DNA of 61,441 nt, filler included, from Hausera hauseri (Eukaryota), in the NCBI GenBank assembly GCA_046269625.1. It is 10 parts of 10 records of this genome, joined end to end, with 100 filler letters (N's around TTAATTAATTAA, not from the genome) between each part and the next. Parts side by side here need not be neighbours in the genome. Positions count along the whole stretch, not along the records: positions 48,337 to 53,076 come from JBJURY010454579.1; positions 53,177 to 57,366 come from JBJURY010711215.1; positions 57,467 to 61,441 come from JBJURY010845525.1; 7 more parts are not named here. The stretch is one strand, 5' to 3'. Shown here one piece after another: positions 51,473-61,441 of the stretch; the stretch's first letter is position 1; the number at the start of each line of letters is the position of its first letter. The position numbers and the translations under genes were made by a program. The notes under the pieces were generated by a model. That model searched no databases. It was not told the DNA's origin and saw only the letters and a program-made list of their open reading frames with translations.

Positions 51473-52514
51473 CTATTTCATTTTCCGTATATTTGGATGG
51501 AAATAGTGTTTTAAATCCGTGTTACACATAATCTTTTTAATATTGTGTGGAATAGAACAATGTCCATACTTAATATCGATAGTAAAGTCATGCATATAAT
51601 CCAGTATGCCTCTGACAGTTAGTGGGTCAAAATTTCCTAACAGAACGTAGTCTAGTATAATTCCATCGTGGTAACCATGTTTGAATTTGCCCCAATCTTG
51701 ACGTGAATTTACCATTAATGGCCGTTGAAAGTGCGCTCTGGCAAATTCTGTTTTGCCAATGCCAGGCGGTCCTATAAAGGCAATATTTTTAACACGATTC
51801 TTTAAATTTATTAGCGGGTATCGCCAATTGTGCCTAAAAAACATTATCATCCTTAACAAATTTATTACTTGCATAGCTTTCAAACTGCTTTCGGTGATAA
51901 CAGTATTCTAACGGCATCTCTGTTTCCAAGTGAGATAAGCACTCGTCAAAACTGGATTGCGACAAGGCTTCGATTAAAATTTTTTCTTTTTTCTCTTCTC
52001 TGGCATAAGCTAATATCTGGTTATGTTTTAAATTTCCGTCTTCTTCTACATCTGCGGAATAATATTTATTTATTCGTCTACCTTCACTATTTTCTGGCCA
52101 TTTAAAAATAATATTCTCAATTCTTTTCTTTGGATCCATCACATGCTGCATTGCCGATTCCACTTTCTTTGCAAATATTATCCGTGGGAATTTACAACGA
52201 AACTTTGATTTGACTGCCGATACCTTTTTTGAATTCTTAAAATTGATATAGAGCTGGTAGTGTTCCCAGCCATTCTTACTAATTTCAAGCTGTCCGCATA
52301 CATATGTTACCTATTTTAAAATAAGTTAACAATAATTATAATTATAACAAACCTGTTTTTCGAAATACTTCAGAAAATCATCTTTATTACTTTCAAAGTA
52401 GTTACGCCCTATGGCGATACAGTAGTTGTGACTTTCTGATTGTTCATTAGGTCCTTCAGTATTGATTCCACCAATTGGTGTATTGTCGTCAGTGTCGTAG
52501 TCTAAGTCTGTCAT
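51473..52514 (-). pseudogene. rep: CRESS-DNA virus-like Rep (HUH endonuclease plus SF3 helicase), spliced, one frameshift
   Basis: Motif I-like NYCIAI; motif II GQLEISKNGWEHYQLYI; Walker A GPPGIGKT; Walker B IILD; motif C IMCN. A 42-nt GT-AG intron lies at 52311-52352. Confidence 0.85.
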
Positions 52515-53206
52515 TATAAATGATTTACATTAACAAAGTTTACTTATTTATAATATCATTGATTTATTCTTTCTCTCTCTCTCTCTCAACACCATTCCTA
52601 TTCGTCGCTTTTTCATTGGTCGCTGTGGTGTGAGCGTGGATAGGAGGCCTCGAGTAAAGAAACTCTGATTGAATATATTTACTGCCTTCGATGGCCCTAT
52701 ATTAGGTTATTTACCTACCCGCCTATTGCCTGTTAAATACACTTACAATGTATTATTTATACTCACAACATATCGTTTTATATAATTAATGTTATATGTT
52801 GCAGGTAGGTACATAATACTACTGTTGGCCCTATTTGCGATATATATTTACTTACTACATTATTATATGGTTCTATCAATACTTAATTGTATAATGATAT
52901 GAAGAGCAATATCAACAGCCATACTAACACATGGAATATTCCTATCTTTACATGTAGGTTTTTCGTGCGCATAGGTTCATACACATAATGGCGAATACTT
53001 TTTATGGTTAACAAATATAAATGGCTGACATTAACATCGATGGGTTTTCCCTGCGCAATTTGATGCAATTGGTGGANNNNNNNNNNNNNNNNNNNNNNNN
53101 NNNNNNNNNNNNNNNNNNNNTTAATTAATTAANNNNNNNNNNNNNNNNNNNNNNNNNNNNNNNNNNNNNNNNNNNNTGCTGGGGTTTACTGTAAATGGAA
53201 ACGATT

Positions 53207-54289
53207 TCAGAAACAATCATGTTGTTGTTGTTGTTGGATTTGACGGAAATGAAGAGTTAGACTGGTTGTGGGGCCGTACGGAAATTCAATAAGGTAACCC
53301 GCGTCGCATTGGATATTCACTTCAACATTGTTTATAGACGTACGTGCCACAGGTAAGTACATTGTAATATCGAGCTTCATAGTGACATTGGCGCCGGCAG
53401 TATATTTGCTGCTTTCCGGATAAATTGCACGGAGTAGCGGTACACTTACTCTACTGACCAAAATCGGTTCGGTGACGTTTCCGTAAATGTACATTTGACT
53501 TAGACCAATTTTCAGTTTGGGTTTAAGTGTTTCAATATGTGGCTCCGCCGCCGCCTCAAACGGCTATTTTTCAAAACCCAATACTATGGCCAAAGCTTTG
53601 TCCAACGAAATGTCAACAATATCCTTAGCCAGTTCAAATTTGATATACCAATTTTCATCTGACTCGAAAACTTTAAATACCGCCTTGTACTTTTGATTTG
53701 AAGAAAAGTGTTGACACAGTGTGCTACAGATTCACAATAGACACCGTCTCCAATTGATACGTATGACGTTGACACCCTTTCTGTTGTATAGGTAAATCTC
53801 ATCGTTGTCTGGTAATATACGGGCCTTAATCTTCGATCAACTACATATTCACTTTTAATATTTGTACCTTTGTACTCCGTATTTTTGAATCCAAATTTCT
53901 GCGCTCTCAAAGGACTCAAAGGTTACAGTGAATTTAAAATCTGCCATAAAATGTAAGTTTCCCCCTAAAATAAAAACACCTATCTTGCCGAATATACCGT
54001 AATTTGCTTCGGTCGTGCAAATGGCCGATTTTTCAACTGTTATTTTATTGTTAGTAAGTGCCAGAGGACGAGAATATATTTTGGTTTTAGTAACAGTCTT
54101 GCTGTACGTTATTTTCATACTACCTTTCAATGTTACCGGTGCGTAGGAAAAGTTAAATTCCGTCAGTGCAATCTCCCATTGTCCAGATAAATGCAAAGGA
54201 TTGTTCCAATCTACAACGTATTCACTGGCGGAATTGTTGGGACGAGTCGTCGGACAACTGTTGCTTAGCAACACCATGTAAATACTCAT
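53207..54289 (-). pseudogene. Polinton minor capsid (penton)-like gene, copy 1
   Basis: N-terminus MSIYMVLLSNS...NNSASEY...LHLSGQWEIALTEF; C-terminus IYGNVTEPILV...PLLR...YLPV...LHFR. Frameshifted. Confidence 0.75.
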
Positions 54290-54329
54290 GATCTCGATGA
54301 TGATGTCAATGATGATTATGCAGTTTGTT

Positions 54330-55395
54330 TATTATCGACGACGTCAAAAATGTAACGTCAAATGTGTCGTTGACCCAAACAGAAATTTAATGGGTTCCTA
54401 AAATTCATCAAGCATATACACGGAAATACTGTGCACAATATTGTGAGACAATAATAAGTATATGGGTCTAAACATATTAACGAGAACAGTTTCACCCGAT
54501 GATGTTTTGTACGTGTCAGAATCCAGTTCAATAGAAGCCAGTAGTTGTTTACGTTCTACACCAACGAGTACGGATTTGGTTAAGTTCGTTAAAATGTTGA
54601 TTCGGTGAAATGCTCCATAGAGTTGTTGTTTGTATTTCGCAACAATAAATCACCCAACAATGTTTTGATAGAATTCGAGTTTTGAAAAACTCAGATTCCG
54701 AGCCAGTAATTCATCAAAGTAAAATACGTAACATTGTCATGGAGTGTAATCGAAATATGACCATTTTCGTTTATTTCACATGTCTTTACGGCTAATGTAG
54801 CCGTTTTCTGGACGTACTCACACAATTCCAGTTCCGTTTCCAGTAATAAATTGTGTGGTATAATACATGAGCGAAAGACTGATTCTCACTTAATCCACCT
54901 TACCGCATTTATCGGATTCCGCACTGGATGAAAGGTCCAATTTTTTACCAATTATAACATGTCCACCTAGACGTAGACGTTTTGAGTGTACATTGACTGA
55001 TTGAAAACCCTATGCCTGAGCATCAGCTATAGAATTAAACTGCATTTCAATGGGATTTCGATGCAGAATTTCATACGGTAGTTTGAAAAATAAGCGTAAA
55101 CCGAGAAATTTTCTCGCGAATAATTGCGAAGAATATATCGGTTATTGTGTCGGATTATCCTTAAACGACTTGAAATAAGGTTCGTTTCTTGTCGGGTAAA
55201 GTAAATACTACTGTTCTGACGTATTGCCATTGGTGAAAATGTAAATGTGAATTCCGTCAAAACCACTTCCCATGCTTCGTGGCGTAAATTGACCGGTTGG
55301 TCCAAGTGTATGGTAAACTCTTTAGCGGTATTGTCATTTTCGTCATATTGTGATAATGATCTGTTACTCTCAAATAACAAGTAAATGCTCATCAA
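54330..55395 (-). pseudogene. Polinton minor capsid (penton)-like gene, copy 2
   Basis: MSIYLLFESN...NTAKEF...WEVVLTEF N-terminus, paralogous to copy 1; degraded C-terminus (NLTKSVLVG...LL...Y). Confidence 0.65.
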
Positions 55396-55399
55396 TCAA

Positions 55400-56418
55400 T
55401 CTGTGATGCAAAAATACAACTCGGTGCAGTGTATCCTTGCCATTTGACGAGATATTGTTTATTCGAAGCTTTGCCACATAAACGTAAAATTTCCTGAATA
55501 CGATACACATCGGGTTTCTTGGGCTGTACCTGCAGATCCTGTTCGTAGAATTTACCGCGTATTTACTCACCGTTTTCGTCCTCTAAAAGTTCATGACAGG
55601 TGTTTGTTTTGTGTTGATTGCTGAAGTGTGGGAAACCTCATCGCTCCAGTTCTGATTGAAATTATTAATGAATGGCGTCGTACTTATTTTCGAAATACCT
55701 ACGTAAGCACCGATTTTATATTTTGGGCGTTTAATTGGTCGTCTTCGTCGGTTGTTTTGATAAAGTCACATGTCCAAATCATCGATTACGTCAACCGGCC
55801 GTAATCCATTGATGCCATGATGTGTCGAATGATTAAATGCATGAATAATATCCGGCAGTACATATACTCAGTGTTTGTTGCCTTGCTTCGTAAAGAATAT
55901 ATTTAAGCGACCGCGCCATGTTCGATTAAATCGTTCAACGCGTGTAGCCATGTATTGGAAAAACACCGAGTAGTGGTTTACGCCGAACCGCTTCAAGACC
56001 GCTGAAACGTGGACGTTGAAGAATTCCTTACCCAAATCCGTTTGTAAATGCTTCGGTTGTTGTTGTTGTACTAGTGTCTGAACAGCGTCGGCAATCTCTT
56101 TACCGTATTTAGAATTCACGGCAATTGCACGTGCAAGAGGACTAAGCACATCAACGCTTGTCAGTACGTACCGATACCCATCGTCGATGCTGGCGTACGA
56201 AATTATTTCCATCAGATCCATTTGCCATACTTTATTTACACCGGCAGCACGGTATGCACGAGTTGGAAACCGCCTCCTTATCGATATGCTTAGTCTGTAT
56301 GCTAATTTTTTTACGAGACAACGTTGGGTCTGTTTCCGAGTCTGTTTGACAGTCTTTGCCAGTTTGTCGACACCAGTATACCCGACGGGATGATTCGCGT
56401 CAAACCACACGTCGCCCA
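55400..56418 (-). pseudogene. Polinton rve integrase with C-terminal chromodomain remnant
   Basis: WQMDL, VLTSVDVLS, LQTDLGKEF, VERFNRT; downstream PKYKIG and, in a shifted frame, QYLVKWQGY. Confidence 0.85.
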
Positions 56419-56566
56419 TCGTTGTCGTCGTCGGTGATGTAGGTTTTGTTAGCATTACAGCAATGAGAACGAAACGTAAATGAAAGATTCGGTAAAATGG
56501 AACAAAAAGATGAAAACCATGCACCAATATCGCCGAATCATCATATACTTACCGTCATTGTTTATA

Positions 56567-56900
56567 CTATGATGTTGTTGCAGAACCAATGAATCCACCC
56601 AGTAATGACGTGACAAGCGGTAGAATTTCACTAAGGAATCCGCCGTCTTGCTGGTACATGACCTCTCGTTTCAGTTGTTTACTACGGGCGTTGTCAAGGC
56701 CAATGAGACGTTTCCGATACTTCAGTAAATTTCGCTTTCCACTACCAGTGTCAACGTGACCCACAACGATATTGTATAAAATTTCCATTAAATTGTCTAC
56801 TACAAATTGCGGGAATGATCGCAGCGTGTTTCGCTTATGCCTCATAGGTGCCTTGATCAAAGCAATAAAGTACGGCTGACTATGTTTAAATCTCCTTTTT
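56567..56900 (-). CDS. Small basic Polinton/adintovirus protein ending in QxGGF plus a hydrophobic tail
   Basis: EILYNIVVGHV...basic region...QQDGGFLSEILPLVTSLLGG, typical of small Polinton virion proteins with adenain-type GG cleavage sites. Confidence 0.6.
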
Positions 56901-57527
56901 GGACGTATTTATGCTGATGAGACGTAGTTGTTTATAACCGTTGCTACTGTGACGCTAATTTGCGTCTAGCTGATGCTTTTGTTGTTTGAAGCATAGAATT
57001 GATTAATCGCTTGACTGTAGCGGTTCGCCTTGATACACGTTTTGCCGGACATCCGCTTTGTAGGTTTACGTTTAACAATCGTTTTTCGAACATTCTTCAT
57101 TTTATCATAATTATGCCATTGATTTTTGAATTTGTTTATAGACCCATACACCTTTCTGATTGAAAATGTGTGTTCGTACGCGCATGTCATTGGGACACTG
57201 TTGTGTAAAGTCGATGAACACGTATCAGTGTGGCTCGGTCGTAGCATCATGATATGCATCTAGAAGTAGGCTTGATAGTGAGGAAATGCTTGTCATGCAA
57301 CATAATCATTGATAGTTTGGTCATGGGGATTTTAGAACAACATTAAATAGTGTACGTTTAGATTTCNNNNNNNNNNNNNNNNNNNNNNNNNNNNNNNNNN
57401 NNNNNNNNNNTTAATTAATTAANNNNNNNNNNNNNNNNNNNNNNNNNNNNNNNNNNNNNNNNNNNNGGTTTGTTAATGATAAATTCCTTTAGTGTTCACA
57501 TGGTTAAACCATGTGAAAAGGGGGAAT

Positions 57528-58002
57528 TGAAGAAATTTATGAGATTAGATACTGATTTTATACTTCACACACAGAGTGTATTTTTTATGATTAAACTGAG
57601 CTTGTTGAATGGATAAACTGTGAACATGTTTCCTTATATGATTCTTTTTATGTAGTTACATGCCTGGACCAAATCACAACACATAATTAGTGTTTTAAGA
57701 GCTTTCATTAAGGGATAACAGGTGACATCTGTCTGGAGGCGGGCTTCTCGTCAGAGTAGGGCGGCCTTTTACTATGACGTGCTTAGAAGGAGGAGCCCGA
57801 CCTCAGCTGACTATGTTAAATTGTACCTTCTTCCTGGTGGAAGCCAGATTTGCTCCGAATAAACTTTGGGCAACTCTCAGGGGCTCCTAGAAACCTACTA
57901 AGTATCTCCCGTTCTTACTTTCTTGCACTGTTGTACATTTTCAGCACAATTCCTGCACTCGTCCTGGTAAACGAACACGACTAATTATTTTATTTCTCTT
58001 CA
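57528..58002 (+). repeat. Retroviral LTR (about 475 bp)
   Basis: TGAAGA...TCTTCA inverted termini, AATAAA near 57858, PPT upstream and PBS downstream. Confidence 0.85.
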
Positions 58003-58004
58003 GT

Positions 58005-58022
58005 TGGTGACACCCGAACGTG
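58005..58022 (+). promoter_or_regulatory. Primer-binding site, imperfect tRNA-Trp-like
   Basis: TGGTGACACCCGAACGTG versus the Trp PBS TGGTGACCCCGACGTG (two extra nt), 2 nt after the LTR CA. Confidence 0.55.
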
Positions 58023-58787
58023 CCAGGAACTTGCAAGCAGGACGTAGCGTCGTAACCCCGCGTCTCGACGAAAGGGCGACGGCCCGGTCTTCGGCTCAGG
58101 GGGAACCCCGCATCGTCATCGCAGTACGACTCAGGCGCCATTAAAAAGAGGTAAGCGATTTTAAAATTGCTAGATACCTCCAGATAAATTTAATTTGAGA
58201 AGTCTGTGCTGACGAGGGGGGGGGCTGCCTTGTCTGAGACGGGCCTAGCAGACCCTGCGTTAGCAGGTTAGCTTAGGCTAGCGTTAAAACTAGCCTCCAC
58301 GCGGTACATAAAAAAGCGAAAATAGGTTTAATTAAAGTAAAAATCGAATTTTTGCGTCGTGTGCGCAGTGCATTAAAGATAGCTCTCCCTTTTGTGAGGC
58401 GGCGGAGGATATAGAGTACGTTTTGTGATAAACAAGCATGCAATAAATCCATACAGCCTTATGAATGGTCGGTGACGCTGAATGAGCGCTATAAGTATTA
58501 AATTGACTTTAATATTTAATAAATCCATTATAAGAGTTTCTGTGACTGGTCGGAGAAAGCCCAGGAGTACGCATCTAGGTCTGGTTGATTTTCACGCTAT
58601 TTAGAGCGTTGAAAGATATTATATTAATATCTTAATTCCAGTGAGATTAGCGGAAAAGAGTCCTGGTCCCGAGAAAAAAGGGTTTTTGTTTTGTAAATTG
58701 GCTGGTCTGTGTGAGCTGACGGGCTCTAAGCATTAATAATTAGATAATTATTAATACAAGGAAAATTTCCAGTAATTTACAAAAAGG

Positions 58788-58841
58788 TTTATTTTATTTT
58801 ATTTTATTTTATTTTATTTTATTTTATTTTATTTTATTTTA
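58788..58841 (+). repeat. (TTTTA)n microsatellite in the ERV leader
   Basis: About 11 perfect units. Confidence 0.95.
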
Positions 58842-59381
58842 GGTTGCTTATTGTTTCTCTTTGGGGTTTCCTTCTGTGTGGGCTGGTTTTTCCTACGAAT
58901 CCAGGCATATTTAAGCTGAGAAATGAGGATCACACTGTCATAAATGACTTTGTGAGGAGTACATTTCTATAACAGCTGTCGATTCGTAGCAGTGTGGGTT
59001 TTTGTGGTTGGGTTCTAGTTAATAATCACTAGGATATTAGGGTCACTCATACAGCTCCTGATTTAAAAGCGTTCAGGAATCCCTGGGCAGAATTCTAAAA
59101 GAGGATTCTGTTTAGGAAAAGTTTTTGATCGTGGCATTTACGCCAATCAGAGCTGTAAGGGGGACGTGTGTACCCTTATAATCTGTTATATATATTAATA
59201 AACACAACCATAAATATATTATAATTCTTTGTATAGAACCTTACATAAGGAGCAGTGCGTAGACATTTTGTGAGTCTGAAAGGAGTCAGAAAAGAGAAGA
59301 GGTCATTCTGTTTAAAGATAAATGGTATTGGCTTGTCTGTGTGTGTATAATTTGATAAAATAGTTGGCTAGCAATTTCAAA

Positions 59382-61441
59382 ATGGCTGATAAGTTTTTTA
59401 AAGATTGTCACGACTGCAAAGATGGCTCCCTAGGTTCGGTGCTGTTATTAACTTGGGAGATTTTAAGTGAGGAACTTGAGTCTAAAAATTTAAAGAAAGA
59501 GAGAGAAAGGTTTCATGATATGACAGAAGCATTGTTGAAGGACAAGCTTTTTGCTCAGATAACTATGGCTGCACCAAGAGAAACAGCGATAAACAAAATC
59601 ACAGACGAATTAGAGCTGAAGTGGAGATTAGCATTACAATCTCAGGAGGGAAAGATGATCAAGGGTCAGGACGCAAACGATAGAGAGAGTATTTTTAAGT
59701 ACTGGAAGAGATTATTTAAGATCATGAAGGAGGTAATCAGGAGCACCCAAAGCCAGACTGACACTGTGACGGTGATTTCAGAAACTACACAAGGACACAC
59801 TGACGAAAACACTTTATCTGTTGTTGTCAAAGACGCTGATCCGACTGTAAAATCTGACGTGCAGAATCCTTATCTAGAAGCGACAGAGCTGCTATCAGAA
59901 GTCAGCAGACAGATGCCACTAACAGAGAACAGCCAGGGTCAGACTACTGATGAAGGTGTTAACGCTACAGCCATGAGTGAAGCATACTTTATAAACAGAA
60001 AGACTGATGACGGCGCATGCATTGTTATCAAAGGCTTGGTTCAGATTGATCCACAGGATAATGATGCAGCCAGGCAGACAATCATGAGATTTGTTGGAGG
60101 ACACAGAGACTCTCGTGACATCAGTGGGCAGTCTGAAAAAAGCGAGCAGGGAACAGAGGTAGAATTTGGTGCTGCGGCAACAGCAGCACCTGCTGGACAT
60201 CTGCAGGTTAGCACTCACACAGGGTTTAACAGCATGCCACACAGGACCAGATTTCAGGCACCGCACACACCTCATACACAGATTCCAGCATGGCCGGACC
60301 GTCCTAGAGATTATATGACACCTGCCCCAAATGTATACTCATGCATGGACAGTAACAGTTATGGAATGTATCCATTGTTGACCGCTACAGCTGACCAGGG
60401 ACCGCGGACAATTACTTATAAACCGTTTAATGTCCAAGATACACAGCTAATTAAAGGCATGTTACCCCTGATTGAGGTAGGAGGGGCAACTTGGATTAAG
60501 GCTTTTTTACAGGTTTGTTCAGGAATTGTCCCATGTTTAGGCGACTTTAGAAAGATTTTCTCGGCTTGTACATCTATGGATGATTTACGGAGGATAGAGG
60601 CTTACACCATCACGACCAATCTCCCTGATGAAACGTTGTTAGAACGGTGTGTGCAGGTTCTTTGGCCTAGAATTAGAGAAGTTTACCCAGTGGAGTTGGA
60701 TGCAACTGAGCTGCATTCCATTCCACCCTTAGAAGGTGAAAGAGGCACAGCTTATTTGGCAAGGGTCAGACAGCTGTGGGAGGCAAAAATTGGACTGGAC
60801 CCCATCGGGGATCAGGCCACTTTGATTTTGTTTAAAACAGCAGTGGTGAGCTCTCAGTCAGAAAAAGTGAGACAGGAGTTGAGTCGGGTTGTCGGTTTAG
60901 CAAAGTTACCTTATCCTCTGTGGGCAGACCAAATAATACACAATATTGACCGTGAATTAAAAGAGCAAACTTCAGATGCAAAAGAGATGAGGTCCCTTGA
61001 AGCCCAACTAGCTAAGGCTAAGCTAAAAGATCTCAGAGACAAGGTGAATCAAGCTAAACAGGAAGTTGGACAGGTACCCCAAATGGTAGTGATGTCACAG
61101 CCAGGACCCCCGTCAGGACCGCAGCCAGTGTATGTAATGCCCTCTGGTGGTGGAGGAAATGTAGGCCAGGGTCAGAGTTCACAACACTATAACAGAAACT
61201 TTAAAGGAGGGGAGTTTAGAGGCAAGCGTAGAAATAAACTGGGGAGAAAGTTTAAATACAACACCAGTGCTTGTTACATTTGTGGACAATTTGGACATTG
61301 GACAAAGGGGTGTCCCCATAATGGTGAAAGACCCCAACAGGTGCAGGGCCCAGTGTACCCACACACAACATACCCACCAACACAGATGCAGACTAACCCA
61401 ACACATAATCAGGGGCAGACCTGGGGCACAGGTCAGGGTGG
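59382..61441 (+). CDS. gag: Fish-type endogenous retrovirus Gag, intact and running off the window end (absent from the ORF track)
   Basis: Manual translation is open for about 686 codons from ATG 59382. Capsid-like YKPF...LP...GGATWI...LGDFR, a coiled coil, and the zinc knuckle CYICGQFGHWTKGC. Confidence 0.9.
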   Translation, partial: MADKFFKDCHDCKDGSLGSVLLLTWEILSEELESKNLKKERERFHDMTEALLKDKLFAQITMAAPRETAINKITDELELKWRLALQSQEGKMIKGQDANDRESIFKYWKRLFKIMKEVIRSTQSQTDTVTVISETTQGHTDENTLSVVVKDADPTVKSDVQNPYLEATELLSEVSRQMPLTENSQGQTTDEGVNATAMSEAYFINRKTDDGACIVIKGLVQIDPQDNDAARQTIMRFVGGHRDSRDISGQSEKSEQGTEVEFGAAATAAPAGHLQVSTHTGFNSMPHRTRFQAPHTPHTQIPAWPDRPRDYMTPAPNVYSCMDSNSYGMYPLLTATADQGPRTITYKPFNVQDTQLIKGMLPLIEVGGATWIKAFLQVCSGIVPCLGDFRKIFSACTSMDDLRRIEAYTITTNLPDETLLERCVQVLWPRIREVYPVELDATELHSIPPLEGERGTAYLARVRQLWEAKIGLDPIGDQATLILFKTAVVSSQSEKVRQELSRVVGLAKLPYPLWADQIIHNIDRELKEQTSDAKEMRSLEAQLAKAKLKDLRDKVNQAKQEVGQVPQMVVMSQPGPPSGPQPVYVMPSGGGGNVGQGQSSQHYNRNFKGGEFRGKRRNKLGRKFKYNTSACYICGQFGHWTKGCPHNGERPQQVQGPVYPHTTYPPTQMQTNPTHNQGQTWGTGQG

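Larger units (their letters stand above)
53177..57366 (-). mobile_element. Polinton/Maverick (adintovirus-like) fragment, degenerate
   Basis: Co-oriented small GGF-tailed protein, retroviral-type integrase with chromodomain and two penton-like genes, a typical Polinton gene block. Confidence 0.85.

Noticed and set aside
5991-57466. Regularly recurring TTAATTAATTAA palindromes as a repeat array or recombination sites
   Set aside because: They are always centred in identical N padding, so they are synthetic linkers.
58148-58842. Leader intron using AG|GTAAG and the (TTTTA)n-AG acceptor
   Set aside because: The donor is plausible as the ERV major splice donor, but the acceptor rests only on a microsatellite. 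It cannot be supported without transcripts.
59919-61406. Minus-strand ORFs 59919-60275 and 61179-61406
   Set aside because: They are antisense shadows of the intact plus-strand gag.
1-61441. The whole window as a single giant virus or composite element
   Set aside because: It is ten separately assembled contigs with different composition and apparent hosts. No linkage can be inferred across spacers.

Overview
This window is not one locus. It is ten unrelated eukaryotic contigs joined by identical 100-nt N44-TTAATTAATTAA-N44 spacers, and most of it is decayed selfish or viral DNA. (1) 1-5990: a Ty3/Gypsy pol preceded in frame by a chuvirus-like fusion glycoprotein. (2) 6091-12859: a BEL/Pao element plus an hnRNP-Q/R-like relic. 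(3) 12960-19245: an invertebrate LRR gene and LINE fragments. (4-7) 19346-48236: four diverged CsRn1-type Gypsy elements next to decayed host-gene copies (AP2S1, HDAC6-like, ARMH1-like) and a C2H2 zinc-finger exon. (8) 48337-53076: parvovirus-like VP and NS1 next to an intron-containing CRESS-DNA Rep. (9) 53177-57366: a Polinton/adintovirus fragment. (10) 57467-61441: a fish-type endogenous retrovirus LTR and gag. The strongest candidate for an undescribed system is a ubiquitin-like domain ending in a di-glycine, fused to the N-terminus of Gag in all four CsRn1-type elements and independently in the BEL/Pao element. The CsRn1-type elements also conserve PP1-docking-like motifs (KSILK, KxVxF) in otherwise unconserved linkers, and a covarying -1 frameshift pseudoknot. 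All family assignments come from motif recognition by eye, and no searches were run.
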